A program made the position numbers and the translations under genes. A stretch of DNA of 64,000 bases, from NCBI GenBank assembly GCA_034780895.1, contig JAUZTB010000033.1, forward strand, positions 27,459,330 to 27,523,329, in the 5' to 3' direction. The notes under the pieces were generated by a model, which worked only from the letters and a program-made list of their open reading frames with translations, did no database searches and was not told the DNA's origin. Shown here piece by piece: positions 28,085 through 41,560 of the stretch (position 1 is its first letter; every line of letters begins with the position of its first letter). This DNA comes from Rhynchobatus australiae (lineage: Eukaryota).

Positions 28085-28760
28085 AATGGTAACAATGGCC
28101 ATGTCTAATTGCCCATGGGGTGATGATGATAAACAACCTTCCAGAGTTACTACCATCTGAATCGTTTGAGGTACTCCACAACGTTGTTTTATTGTGATAA
28201 CTTTTCTAACCAGAATAACATGTGAAATGGTGACATTCCCTTGTGTGTGCTGCCCTTGCCTTCCATGTGGTAGAGGTTACAGATTTAAGAGGTGCTGCTG
28301 AGAAAACCTTGGTGAGTTGATGTTGTGTTACTTGCAGGTGGTTCACATTGCAGTCACAGTGTGTTAGTGATGGATGAAGTGCACACTTGAAGTTTTACCA
28401 GTCAAGAGGGCTGCTCATTACTGTATGATGTTGAGCTTTGAGTGTTGGCGCTGCTCTCATCCTACAAGTGAAGTGTATTTTGTCATACTACTGATTTGTA
28501 GACTGTAAAATGCCTCTATCAGGAGATAAACTGACTGTCCTGGTAGCCACAATGTTTATGTGGTTAGTCCAGTTATATATCCCATTAATGGTGACCCCCT
28601 CAGGATGCTGATGGTGTTGAATTTGATGCTAGCAATAACTTTGAAAATCAAAGGGATATGATTAGCTACTTGTTGGAGATTGTTTACAATCTGTGTGGCA
28701 ACAATGTGACTTGCCATCTATCAGCCTAAACCAATATGTTGTCCAGGTATATCTGTCCTC
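28085..28760 (-). mobile_element. Decayed CR1/L2-group LINE 3' ORF2 fragment
   Basis: Reverse strand resembles MEYSPLAWMSAAPTTLKKL..IQ..AARL. A related plus-strand piece lies near 36560-36680. Confidence 0.55.
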
Positions 28761-31700
28761 TGCCACTCACTGGTGAGCCTAGTGGCAGAGATGCCTGGAG
28801 AGGGAGCTGCACAGGTATCTGATCTCGGCCTGTCTCTGAATTCAACGTTTTGACATGCAGGCACAGAAACCAGAGCTGAGCTGAACAGGGAGCAGAGGAT
28901 AACCAATAACTCTCTATGGAATCACCAGCTAAAGGTCAATGTGACCTGCCAGATAAAATTGGAATACGTAGTATCATCCTAATAATAAGTTGGTTACTGA
29001 AAACTATGGATGATCTTAAAGTTTGGATGCCACAGATTTAACTAGTACATATTTTTTAGTTCTCAAAATAGGAAGAAGGCATAACATGCCCTTTTTTATT
29101 AATGAAAGAGTCAATTTGGGCTTGAAACCATATGGGCTTGAATGCCTTAATAACTATATGGAAATGAGATATTTGTATAATTTAACATGTTCAGATTATC
29201 TCATGCCTGATTACTGATGTGAATAGCATATATTTTGACTTAACATGAGATGAGCTGAATATTAATCCATAAATTAGAAATTGTAATCATATATATTTTG
29301 GCTTTCAGTGTTTCAAATTCCTGTAAATATATCATCTTTTTTTAACAGGATCATTTTAATCCCTTATTCCTTTTTATGATCCATTGATTCATTAAATAAA
29401 TTATTAGCTTTGTGTGTTAAATGTGCTTATTTAATTAAAACNNNNNNNNNNNNNNNNNNNNNNNNNNNNNNNNNNNNNNNNNNNNNNNNNNNNNNNNNNN
29501 NNNNNNNNNNNNNNNNNNNNNNNNNNNNNNNNNNNNNNNNNAACACTTCCTACATTTAATGTTTTGATTAGCTTTTTGGTACAAAACCTAATTGTAAAAT
29601 TGTGTTAAGGTTTAGTCATCCTTTAAAAACTTAAATATGTTTGAAAATAAATTAAGTGAGTAACAAGATCAATGAGGCTGTAGAGAGGGAAGCTTCGTGG
29701 ACCAGTACTGGTACTTTGCGTTCTTGGTTCTGTAGGTTCAGTGTGGGGCAGCATTGAGTAGCATAGCATGTTGGAGCTTAAAAGACTGTGAGTGGTAAGG
29801 TGCAGGTTTAATTCACCTGATTAATTATTAACTGGAGAAACTTCAAGTGCTTCTTCACAGTGAATTGTGGAAAATTAATTGGAGCCATGTCTAGTGCATC
29901 TCCTAGTGGCTCTTTACAGAGTGGGGAAGGATTACTTGAATACATGTTCTGCCAGTAGAGTGCGTCACAGATGGATAGGAGTGTTGGCTGGTGTGCAGGG
30001 ATGCGGTGGAATGTTAGGATAATACCTTTTAACAAAAAGAATGTTAGAGTAGCCAGAAGTATTGTGAAAGTGGCTACTGACAAGGGACTTGGATTTTTTT
30101 TTCTGTAATGCACGCTTTAATGCACTACATGTTTGAATTTTATCTAAAATGCAATTGTTCAGGACAGTCAGTGCTTTGTTGGGACCAAAGTACACTAATG
30201 CAAATTCATTCCGAGTGCCCTGTCTGTATGATATACAAGTACACAGAAGCCACTAAGAATGACTTGCGATGTCACACGCCATGCAGCACATATTTTGACA
30301 ATGCTTGTGCAAAGTTTTTTTGTGCATTTGAGGTGCACAGATGTATGTGCTACTCACCAAAGACGTTCTAACCTTGGAGAGTTGAGACGTCCCTGAATTA
30401 CTTAAATGGGATCAACTTTACCAGTCCACAGATATTGATCTTCTTGAAAGTAGGTCCGCTTTGCAATATTTTCATGTTCTATTCTGTACAACCCCCACAA
30501 TGCTGATCGCTGGTCACCTCCCCATGCACTGGAATCCCTCTTTGTGATCACAGGCCAACCACAAGCCCAATACTGCCATGACCACCTCATGATCATGTGT
30601 GCAATCCTGTATTCAATGCTTGATCACTCACCCAATACATATCCCACAATGTCCACCTGCTTAACGTCCCATTTCCATTGATGCTGCCCTGATTCCTGAT
30701 GCCCCTTACCTTGGTGCCTCCTACTGGCTACACCTATCCAGGCTGATACTACCTTTGTCCTATGTTTTCTCCCCTCACCTAAACCTCAGTAATACATAGT
30801 TTACTGGACTTTCTCTCCTAGTTCTACAGAACTAGATTCGGTGGAGGTAAGACCTTTGTGCAAGGTTTGGCAAGGCCTGTTCTGCTGTGCTTGATAGCTT
30901 GGGGTTCATGTCAGAAGGCTTTTGCTATGGTGGGCGGTCCTTGTGCATAACTGGCATGGGCCCAACAGGTAGCATCACTTCAGCTCCTTTTCTGGCACAG
31001 AAGCATTTTTAGACCANNNNNNNNNNTGGAGAATATTTAGACACCTAGCTATGGGAGCAGTGGAAAGCTTTGTGAAAAATAAATAAGAAAAGGCACCAGT
31101 GTATTTGAGATGAACAAAGTGCCCCTCCTTCCAGATAATGGACTACTGAGTCATGCACAATATTAGAGCAAGTCATACAGTTTGGGAATCTTTTTTTGGC
31201 AGTACTCACAGTATAAGTCTGGGTGAAGTTCCTGCAGAATGCACATTTTCAGAGGAAGCTACTTTGTTGGTGATCCTGAGTGAAATGAATTTCAATAAGC
31301 AATTCCAGTAGTGAGAATTTCTTCTGTGACTCTCAAAAGTAATGTTTTCATTATATCAACTAGTCTGTCTTGAACAACGTTGAATCTTCAGTCCACTGTT
31401 TCCGTCTCCCTTCTTGCTCTGGATTTGCTAACATTGTTACTTTTGACATCTCCCATCTCCATGTAACAACATTTCTAAGTATATGAGATGTGATGTCATA
31501 CTTGTGATTAAAAAAGATTTAAACGCACATAGTCCAAAACCTGACCTCTTATTATCTGTCCTGATAGGTTGGCTGCTTAACATTGTCAGAGGCATTGCAG
31601 CAACATTTACCTGCTTTTTAACTAAAGGCTGGTCTACAATCTCATGTGTATATGGAAATCTAACAGACTTTCTTCCAAGTTTCTTGCACAGAAAATTTGA

Positions 31701-32002
31701 TTTAAAAAAATTACAAAAGCTGAAACTGTAATTGAACACAGGTTTTCACTTGCCATGTTCAACCAATAGTTTTAGTCTTGATTATAGGCTGTTTGCTAAG
31801 TGTTTCTTATTCTTGCAAACCAGTGAATATTCCCAGGTAAATTAGGCTTGACAATAAATCAGCTACATTGAAGAGATACCTAATCGTCTGTTTGGTGATC
31901 ATTTCTGCACAGCTACAGTAAAACTCTGATAATCCACTATCTGACCACTTGGAATTTCCACTGGTTCGACATCTGGTTCACTGGGTGATGTTTGCATTTT
32001 TC

Positions 32003-32258
32003 ACTCACAGAGGCCCTGCTTAGTGTGCTCCCTGTCCACTCACGGGGACCAGGTTCCCGTGCTCCCTGTCCACCCATGGAGGCCTGGTTCCCGTGCTCCC
32101 TGTCTGCTCATTGAGGCCCTGGTTCCTGTGATCCCTGTCCACTCAGAGGGGCCCTGGTTCCCATGCTGCCTGCCCACACATTGAGGCCCTGGTCCCTGTG
32201 GTTCCTGTCACTCACAGGGGCCCTGGTTCCCATGCTGCTTGTCCCCTCACAGAGGCTC
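32003..32258. repeat. GC-rich minisatellite, about 35-bp unit, about 7 copies
   Basis: Consensus approximately GAGGCCCTGGTTCCCGTGCTCCCTGTCCACTCACA, repeated with substitutions. Confidence 0.9.
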
Positions 32259-35200
32259 AAAATCCCACCTGGTTCTGATGGTGGCTCTCCCTTGAAACTT
32301 ACCTGGTTCTATTTCCCACTGTCCCTTTAAACTTATAGGGTTCACTGAAATGTTACTCGATAACTTTTTAAAAAAAAGTAATTAAAAATATTAGAGTATT
32401 AATAAAATAACATCAAATAGTCCAGAAAATCTATGTCCACCACCACCAAAGTCCTGTGCATGCTGGATTAACAGTTTTGTATTTGGAACAGTCCATTATG
32501 ATTAATATGGAAGGGTGCCCACTGGTCAGTGTGGACGAGTTTGGTGCAAATGACTTTTTCCATGCTGTATGATTTTATGATTCTGACAATAAACGGGAAT
32601 CGGAAGCAGGAAGTTAAGGAAAAGAAAAAAAACTATATGGAAAACAGAAAGAAAAAAGGGGCAAGTGTAACAAAATGCAATTGATTAAGAGACCAAACAT
32701 GATAAATATATAACAAAATAATTGTGCTAGAAATTTTACATTAATGTAACAGAATTTTGACCTTGTGTAGATGCAAATTCTGTACTGTAAAGTCAACTGA
32801 TTCAAATGTAAGCAACGCATTGAGAAGGGAGTTTGAGAGTGTGAGTGATTATATTCAACGATAGTGCCCAATGAATTGATGTTTTGATATGACTTCTGAA
32901 TTAGGAAAGTTGTAAGGCAGTCTGGGCCTTGCTAGCACACATTTTATATAATAGACAGAAGTCAAAATTTATTTCTTTGGATAACACATGAAGAAGATTC
33001 ATGTTATCATGTTTCTCTTTTCCATCAATTCAGGTTAAAAAAAAAGGGAACTTTGCTTGAAAATGCAGAGCTCCATGTTTCCTGACTGGAGACTGACTGA
33101 GTTGTAGTCAGCTATTAATTGAAGCAAGTATCAATCTAAAGTTGATGGCATCCATGCCATTAAATGAGGGCAAAATGCACAAACAACACTTTACGACATT
33201 TGGCTATTACCAATGCGGACGTATCTTACAAAAAACAGTGTTCTGTTATGTTGTTTAAATAATGCAGTGTGATGTTAGTGACACAACTGTTGGTACATTT
33301 GCATGAAATTCTTTTGTGAACCACTGTAATGAAGATTTTAAACGGAGTAATACTCTTAAAACAGTGGATTGAGATGAGTCTGTTTACACAGTCATTACTA
33401 CCACTATGCACCATGATTTANNNNNNNNNNNNNNNNNNNNNNNNNNNNNNNNNNNNNNNNNNNNNNNNNNNNNNNNNNNNNNNNNNNNNNNNNNNNNNNN
33501 NNNNNNNNNNNNNNNNNNNNAGAGCCTATATGGAATTCTCCAAGAATAGATTCCACTTTACATTGGAGACCATGCAGGGTGGTGCTGTTTTTGGTGTTTA
33601 GGCTGTTGACAAAGATTTAGCCACTTAGATCTTGCAGTCTCTCCCATATTGGCACCATTGCACACGTTTTGATAAAAGAAGATGTTCAGTTGACTGCAAA
33701 GACTGAGGAAAACTAAAGTAAAAGCTGAAGAATAAAATGTACTTTGAAAATTTAGAAGATATATAAACATTCCCTATAATTTGTGTTTTGATTGCAATCA
33801 GTCCAAGTTACCAGAGGAATTTGTTTGTGTTATGTTTCTCATGACCTAATTATACAGTGGGAAGGGCTTTCATAATATTTACACTCAGCATTTTGAACAT
33901 GAAACCATACATTTACAATGAAGATTGCAAATGGAATCTTTTTAATGTCAGCATATTCCAGTGCTTTCGGGGTTCGATCATTCCATTTCCATGGGAAAAA
34001 AACATACTTTTAACTCAGAAGGGACTGCTATTTGTGAGAATAATATTGAATGCACTTTTTTCCAAGATTCAAGATGTCATTTGTGCCATGGTAACTGCTG
34101 CAGGCAGATTGCCTGATGGTTCAAGGTTTTATTGAATCAGCCAAATGACTAATTTATACCATAGTTTTTTGTCAAATTCAAGTATGTTGTCATATGCACA
34201 AGTACATGTACACACAACTGTGTATTATTCCAGTTCTCTGCTGAATCTCTTTTTCATCATTTTGCCTAATCTGCAGGAATTTCTAGTAATATAGTTTCAC
34301 ACATTACAGCAATGAATAAAATTCAAAGGTGCCTACAAAAACAAAATGCTGCAGATACAGGAAAATGTTTGAAATAGCATGTCAGTCAGCATCTATAAGG
34401 AGGGAAGCAGAGTAAACATTTCAGGTCAATGACCTTTTATAAAAATTGGCAAAAGCTCATTCAATGATAACTCTACTGATGAGATCAGTGTGCTCTTCTG
34501 GATGAACTAGTCTCATGTTTTTCTTTCACTTCTAATATTTCCCAGCAGTTTGCTATTCCTTTAGTCGTATCGCACTCTAAGTACTTATACAAAACTACGG
34601 CTGCTATGTGATTTTCATTCATGAAAATTAAAAATAAATAATGTAATAATTCCACTGAGAAGCATTCAGAGTATTTGAAAGTGTTATATACTTAAAAGGC
34701 AGGGGAAAATATCTAAGCAAAGCCATATGGAAAGTGAAATGTGATTAATACTGCAAGTAATCAAGTGGCCTAGGAATGCTGTCCTTTGTATTGTTTGATT
34801 ATTTGAGTAATGGAATGAGTAGAACTACAGCAGTTGACCTGAGGAGCTGAATTGCAGAGACAACAGATAAAAGTGGCCTTTTGGAGAGTATTACTAGAAA
34901 GAAGTTATCTTGCTGTTCATAGTGTCCACAGCATTAAGAAAAACCTATTGAACAACATCAACAGGATGCTGTATGACATCAAACAAGAATTAACNNNNNN
35001 NNNNNNNNNNNNNNNNNNNNNNNNNNNNNNNNNNNNNNNNNNNNNNNNNNNNNNNNNNNNNNNNNNNNNNNNNNNNNNNNNNNNNNNNNNNNNNAAGACC
35101 TTCTTCCAAAGAATTCTAAGGCCAAGCTGGCAGCTTTAGAATGATTAAAGCCAGGTTTAAACAGGCAATCTTGTGTGCATGGTTCGAGAAAGGGAAATGG

Positions 35201-35588
35201 AACTTGCTGTATTTCTCCTATTTGGGTGTAACTTGCATGCACTCACATGGATGGAAACATTTTTGGCTATTCTTTGCCACAGTTAGAAAATAGGGACTTG
35301 AGCTGGGACAAGGAACAAAATGTCAGTAGGGATGCCAGTTTGCCCTACATCCACTGAAATTTTCTCTCTATCACTCAATCACTCACTCTGTCACTGGCCG
35401 CTGCCTCACCCCACTAGTACAAGCTAAAAGTTGTATAGCAAGTAAAATTTAAATATTGTTTCTGCACATTTTCAAATGAGTCAGTAAATATTAAAACCTT
35501 TAAAACATTATTTGTTTGTAAAGGTTTGCATAAAAGCAAGTTATATTTTGCACAGGAATCTGGGTAAAATTAGCATTGTTCCCCACAG

Positions 35589-35747
35589 GAGCGGATTGGG
35601 TGGCGCAATGTCACACGTCTTCTTGTGTACACTTCAGATGATGGATTTCATTTTGCTGGAGATGGGAAGCTTGGAGCAATCCTAACACCCAATGATGGCA
35701 AGTGCCATCTTAATAAAGATGGCTTTTATGAAGACAACACAAAATAT
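35589..35747 (+). CDS. ITGB2: Internal coding exon of a leukocyte integrin beta subunit (beta-2-like), beta-I/vWA domain
   Basis: Acceptor ttgttccccacag, donor gtaagt. 53 codons, phase 0-0: [53 protein letters not shown]. Matches human ITGB2 [41 protein letters not shown] and its exon boundaries. Integrin beta is near certain; beta-2 versus beta-7 orthology is less so. Confidence 0.9.
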
Positions 35748-35944
35748 GTAAGTGTAACCTTTATGTTGTTTGTATGAACAGTACTGTTCAAGTCTTCAAT
35801 ATGGAACCTAAATATTCCAGCCCAGAAACAATCCCACTTGGTTGATGGCAGAACAGAGTTGTATTCACACTTTTTTGTTTTGACTCAAGTGGACTGTTTC
35901 AGTGGGAGGTTCATCAGCACTGGCTTCCAGCTATATTTCTGCAG

Positions 35945-36165
35945 TCATTGTTAGGCCTCATTTCCTTTTCTGCATCAGTTCCCCATGGTCCTCGATCTCC
36001 TGAGGGTTCAAAGATTATCGACTCCCTCTTTAAGTACCCCCAATACCTCCATTACCCCCAGCGCCTCCACTACCCTCTGGGTGGACAGTTTCAGAGATTC
36101 ACCACCCTCTGGGAGAAAAAGTCCCTACGCACCTCAGTTCTACACCTGCTAATCTTCTAACTATA
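35945..36165 (-). mobile_element. CR1 LINE 3' fragment
   Basis: TTTCAGAGATTCACCACCCTCTGGGAGAAAAA, i.e. reverse FFSQRVVNL. Confidence 0.65.
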
Positions 36166-37071
36166 ACATTACATTATGGAGTCATACAGCATGGAAGCAG
36201 GCTCTTTGTCTCACTCAGTCTGTGCTGTGCATCAAGCAGCCACTTCCACTAATCCGACACTAACCTCATTTTTAGAAAGCAGGTTATCATGTAACAGTTG
36301 CTGTGGTGTTTGTGGGAGACGCTGTCCGTCCATTAGCTGCTGTGATTTCCATGTTATATTGTGAGTCGATTTCAGAAAGGATGTCACTGGCTGCAAAAGC
36401 CAGGGTACATTTCTTATTGTCATTGAGCATAACATTCAGTGAAGTGACTGAACTGTGTGGTTATGGACATAGAGGTGTAACTACATTAGAGTGGTCCAGA
36501 ATTCACTGGGAAGGTGAGTGAACCAATGTCTGTATCCTTTCCCAAGCCAATATCTAGAAAATGCACTGCCGTTACATGTCCAGGCTACCCCTACAACACT
36601 TCCCAAATCCATGATTACCACCAAGAAGGACAACGGCAGCAGTCACAGGGGTACATTGCCCTCTACAGATTCCCCTCCTTTTAACTGAGAAACAAAGGTT
36701 GTAAATTGCTTCTTAATGCACCCGCTTATTCCAGTATTTGCGTAAATAGTTACTGTGCTTGTGTTGAAGTCATTAAGTGTGCAGCTGACGTCGGGTGAAC
36801 GCAACCTGTGCTGGTTGGGGACTGTCTGGAGCTGCCCAAGCCATTTACCCAATGAGCATGATATGACCTGGAGAAATGACACCAGTTTAAAGGCTGCAGT
36901 TTGGTGTATGGCAGAGGTTTAGAAAGAGAGCGTGTTTTACGAATGAAACTGACACAATAAGCTACTAGACCAGTAAGGATATGGTGTTTAAATCCAGCCA
37001 AAGGCAGGGCTGACAGTGTTTAAGGTCCTTAGCAAAATATCTTGGGTTTTGCTTTATAACAGATGAAAGCT

Positions 37072-38505
37072 TATAAGAACATAAGAAACAGGAGCAGGAG
37101 GAGGCCATCTGGCCCATGGAGCCTGCTCCGACATTCAATAAGGTCATGGCTGATCTGGCCGTGGACTCAGATCCACCGACCTGCCTTTTCCCCATAACCC
37201 TTAATTCCCCTACTATGCAAAAAATCTATCTAACTGTGTCTTGCATATATTTAATGAGGTAGCCTCCACTGCTTCCCTGGGCAGAGAATTCCACAGATTC
37301 ACTACGCCCTGGGAAAAGCAGTTTCTCCTCATCTGTGTCCTAAGTCAGTTCCCTCGAATCTTGAGGCTATGTCCCCTAGTTCTAGTCTCACCTACCAGTG
37401 GAAACAACCTTCCTGCCTCTATCTTATCTATTCCTTTCATAGTTTTATATGTTTCTATGAGATCCCCTCTCATGCTTTCGAATTCCAGCAGTTATAGTCC
37501 TAGGCCACTCAATCTCTCTTCATAGGCTAACACTCATCTCCGGAATCAACCTGGTGAACTTCCTCTGCACCACTTCCAAAACGAATATATCCTTCCTCAA
37601 GTAAGGAGATCAGAACTGCATGCAGTACTGCAGGTCCAGCCTCACCACTACCCTGTACAGTTGCAGCATAACCTCCCTGCTCTTAAATTCAATCCCTCTA
37701 GCAATGAAGGCCAACATTCCATTTCCTGCCTTTGATAACCTGTTGCACCTGCAAAACAGCTTTTTGCGATTCATGCACAAGCACTCCCAAGTCCTTCTGC
37801 ACAACAGCATGCTGCAGTCTTTCACCATTTAAATAATAATCTGATCTTCTATTTTTCCTTCCAAAGTGGGTGGCCTTGCAACATTGTCCTCCATCTGCCA
37901 GACCTTTGCGCACTCATTTAACCTATCTATATCACTCTGCAGACTCTCTGCATCCTCGGCACAATTTGCTTTTCCGCTCAATTTAGTGTCATCAGCAAAC
38001 TTAGATACATTATACTCAGTCTCCTCTTCCATATCGTTAATGTATATTGTGGATGGTTGCAGGCCCAGCACAGACCCATGAGGCACCCTGATTAACAACT
38101 AGAGAAACAAACATTTAGCCCAATTCTCTGCTTTCTATTGATTAACCAATCCTCTATCCATGCTTATACATTACCCCCATCTCCATGTATCATTATCTTA
38201 TGGATAAGTCTTTTATGTGGCACCTTATCAAAAGCCTTCTGGAAATCCAAGTATACAACATCCATCTGTTCCCCTCCATTCACTGCACTCATTATGTCCT
38301 CAAAGAACTCCAGTAAGTTTGTCAAACAGGACCTGCCCTTCCTGAATCCATGCTGTGTCTGCCTGATTGAACTACTGCTATCCACATGTCTTGCTCTTTC
38401 TTCCTTAATGATAGCTTCAAGCATTTTCCCAACTACAGATGTTGAGCTAACTGGCCTTTAGTTATCTGTCTTTTGTCTACATCCTTTTTTAAACAGTGGC
38501 GTGAT
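37072..38505 (-). mobile_element. 5'-truncated CR1 LINE (RT domain to 3' tail), frameshifted
   Basis: ORF pieces QHGFRKGRSCLTNLLEFFE..VYLDFQKAFDKVPH (38164-38424), VPHGSVLG..SKFADDTKL (37829-38098) and GMLAFIARGIEFKSREVMLQLY (37610-37828); 3' tail repeat ATAAGAACATAAGAA at 37072. Confidence 0.95.
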
Positions 38506-38589
38506 TTAAACTCCCTAGTTTACGAGTGAGCAAACCAGTGACACATTAAACAGTGGTGTTTAATAACTATGTTATTAAATTAAATGAAA

Positions 38590-38725
38590 ATAAAAAAAAA
38601 ACTGCAGATACTGGAAGTCTGAAATAAAAACAGAAAAGGTCTTGGGCCTGAAATTTTAGTTTTGCTCCTCTTTCCACAGATGCTGCCTGACCTGCTGAGT
38701 GTGTCCAGCATTTTCAGGTTTTGCT
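38590..38725. mobile_element. PLE-derived terminal repeat with inverted arms
   Basis: ACTGCAGATACTGGAAGTCTGAAAT (minus arm) and TCCACAGATGCTGCCTGACCTGCTGAGTGTGTCCAGCA (plus arm). Confidence 0.7.
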
Positions 38726-39078
38726 GTAAGCTAAATATTTGTTTGCCCAGTGCTTTGCAGAAGAGGCAAACAGAACCATGTTTATGTGGTTTCAATCAGA
38801 GTATCCCCAAAACCAACCTTCCATTATGATTTTCCTTCACCCTGAATTTAAATGCCCTGAAATAGAAAAGAAACTCCAAATATCTAAGGGACCCATTCTA
38901 ATTCAGGTCACAGGCCTTTAATCTGGGGTCCAAAATACCTCCCAGGGTTAATGAAAAAAATATTTTTGTCATGTCATTGGCACAGAAACGATTCAATGAC
39001 TCAGTCAGCATGTCTTCTAGAAATAATGGCTTTATTCTTCTAATAGATTCATAGTGTTGGAAACAGGGCCTTCCTGAG

Positions 39079-39740
39079 CTAGTCCCAATTGACTGTGTTT
39101 GGCTCATCACCCTTTAAACCTTTCCTATTCATGAATCTTTTCAAATATCTTGTAAATATTGTAATTGTATCTTCATTAACCACTTCCTTTGGCAGCTTGT
39201 TCCATATACCCACCACCCTCAGTGTTGGAAAAGCTTGCCCCTCNNNNNNNNNNNNNNNNNNNNNNNNNNNNNNNNNNNNNNNNNNNNNNNNNNNNNNNNN
39301 NNNNNNNNNNNNNNNNNNNNNNNNNNNNNNNNNNNNNNNNNNNTAACCACTTCCTTTGGCAGCTTGTTCCATATACCCACCACCCTCTGTGTTGGAAAAG
39401 CTTGCCCCTCACCCTGGGAAATGTTTTTGACCATCTATCTATGCCCCTCATAATTTTATAGACCTCTCAGACTCCGTCACTCGAGGGAAAAGTCCCAACC
39501 TGTCCGGTCTCTCCTTGTAACTCAAGACCTCCAGTCCAGGCAGCATCCTTGTGAATCTTTTCTGTGTCCTCTCTAACTTAATCACATCCTTCCTCCAGTA
39601 TGATGACCAGATCTGCACATAATACTCCAAGTGTGTTCTCACCAACATCTTGTACAGCTGTATCATGACATCCCAACTATTGTACATAATGTCCTGACCA
39701 CTGAGGGCAAGCATGCCATACACCTTCACCAACCTGTCTA
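39079..39740 (-). mobile_element. CR1 LINE 3' fragment
   Basis: YGMLAL..VMIQLYKMLVRTHLEYYVQIWS..KLERTQKRFTRMLPGL; TQRVVGIWNKLP. Confidence 0.92.
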
Positions 39741-41269
39741 CTAATGGGTTGGAGCCTTCCCAGGAACTTGCCAGTTTTTTCAGTTGAGAGTTCTGCTGAG
39801 AATTTCAAAGACGTAAGAAGGTGAATCTTCAGGGAAGCTAAGAACAGCAGCCTGAAACCCTGCTTGACAAAAGGAAATCCACGGACAGCCTCTGACTAGT
39901 ATTGAAAGGTCCTCCATTAACTGGACAGATTCCCAAAGGAACTTGGTCTCAAACCACATGTCACTGCCTCCAGGCAGAAATTGGACATTCCTTCCTCTCA
40001 AGCCCTAACGAGAATAAAATTCCAAAAACCCTATAAAAACCATTACAGACAACTAAATGATATCTCCCTGCACCCTCATCCCACTCCAGCCAGCTTTAAG
40101 AGAGGAAAGAACTCGTTTGAGAGTGGGGCAATTGCACTGCTTTATGGACAGTACTGTTCTAAAGCACATGGTACTCTGACATAGCTATTTGCTGTTAAAG
40201 CCATGTATCATTTTGTCATCCTCCTGACTTATGTGACACTGTAGGAAACGACAAAAAAAAAGTTCTAATTTCCAACATCAACCTGCCCCTTCCCCATCCC
40301 TATCTTACTGTTATTAGACCACATAAAGGTAAATCCATTCATAATAATAGATAACGTAACTCATTGACAACAATACATGAAGCACATCTCTTAGAAGTTA
40401 TTATACCAATGTTTAGAGCATGTTGTTGTATTCTGCTGACCTTTCTAACTGAAAAGTCAGTTCAGCATCTCAAGGGAATTTCCAGACAAGCACATTTCCT
40501 GGAATCACCATTAAACGTGTCTGAAATATTTCTCTTGAAGCTTAAGTATTGCATGACAACAAATGCAATGCCTGATGTAACTTGAACAAGCTTAGTTTGA
40601 TTTAGCTTAAATATGTTGGTTGGTACAATTTTGCAGGTTTTGCTGCTCCTGCACCTGGGTACATTAAATTCCCTCATGTAGACATGCAAAGCTTCCTCTA
40701 GAAATGCTTCACATCCTAAACTGGTCGACATAGTCCTCTTTTCTGGACCTTTGAACCAGGAGGTGTGTGGCACAGGGAGGTCTCTCCATCACCTTGGATC
40801 TGAGGCATCTGGCACTCAAGCTCAAACCTTCCATCTATGGTGTTTATTAAAATTATCTCATAGCTTTAACTGGCTCAATACTAACATTTCAGCTTTGTGT
40901 ATCACCTATGGCTAATATTTAAATTGCACATTAGTTGATGGCTCATATTTGAGCATTTTGCTCAGTACTGCTATTAAATTAGCATTTGATGTTGTCAGAA
41001 TCTAAGGCAACTACATAATATAACCCGATCAAATATTTACTCCCGAGTACCTTACCTAAACCATTTCTAGTCATTATTCATGTATGCTGGTTACTGGGAA
41101 ATTGAGTATTGAGCAAATGAAGAAAAACCTCAGATGCCTCACTGTGCATAGATTGGCAGCTATCAACTAATTTGTAGTTCTAATATTACTAGGAATGCCT
41201 TGATTCATGCAACATTCTGTTGCATAATGTTCCAATATAGATGATACTCTTATTAAATAAGTTGATGGT

Positions 41270-41560
41270 TCTTCTCATATCTGAATCTCATTGGGCACCC
41301 TCTCCAGGGTAATCACATACTACTTATAGTGTGGTGACCAGAGTTGTTGTACAGTATTTCACTATGGTTTAACCAGTGTTTAATTAAAAATGGACACATC
41401 TGACTTGTGGAGAAATTGGTTTATGGATAGTTCTCAGGAATTGAACCCTTACATAACCTGAGGACTGCCTATATACCACTTGCCTCCTTCACCTTATCTA
41501 CCTGTGCTGCCACCTTCAGGGATCTTTGGACTTGTACACTGAGATCCCTCTATTCCTCAT
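41270..41560 (-). mobile_element. Decayed CR1 fragment(s)
   Basis: TGCTGCCACCTTCAGGGATCTTTGGACTTGTACACTGAGATCCCTC = reverse RDLSVQVQRSLKVAA. Confidence 0.65.

Noticed and set aside
29895-29915. CTCF-like words (also near 160 and 26735)
   Set aside because: Each mismatches the conserved GGC core end; not distinguishable from chance.
32003-32258. CRISPR-like spacing of about 35-bp repeats (also 58330-58676)
   Set aside because: Units are tandem with no unique spacers, there are no cas genes and the context is vertebrate.
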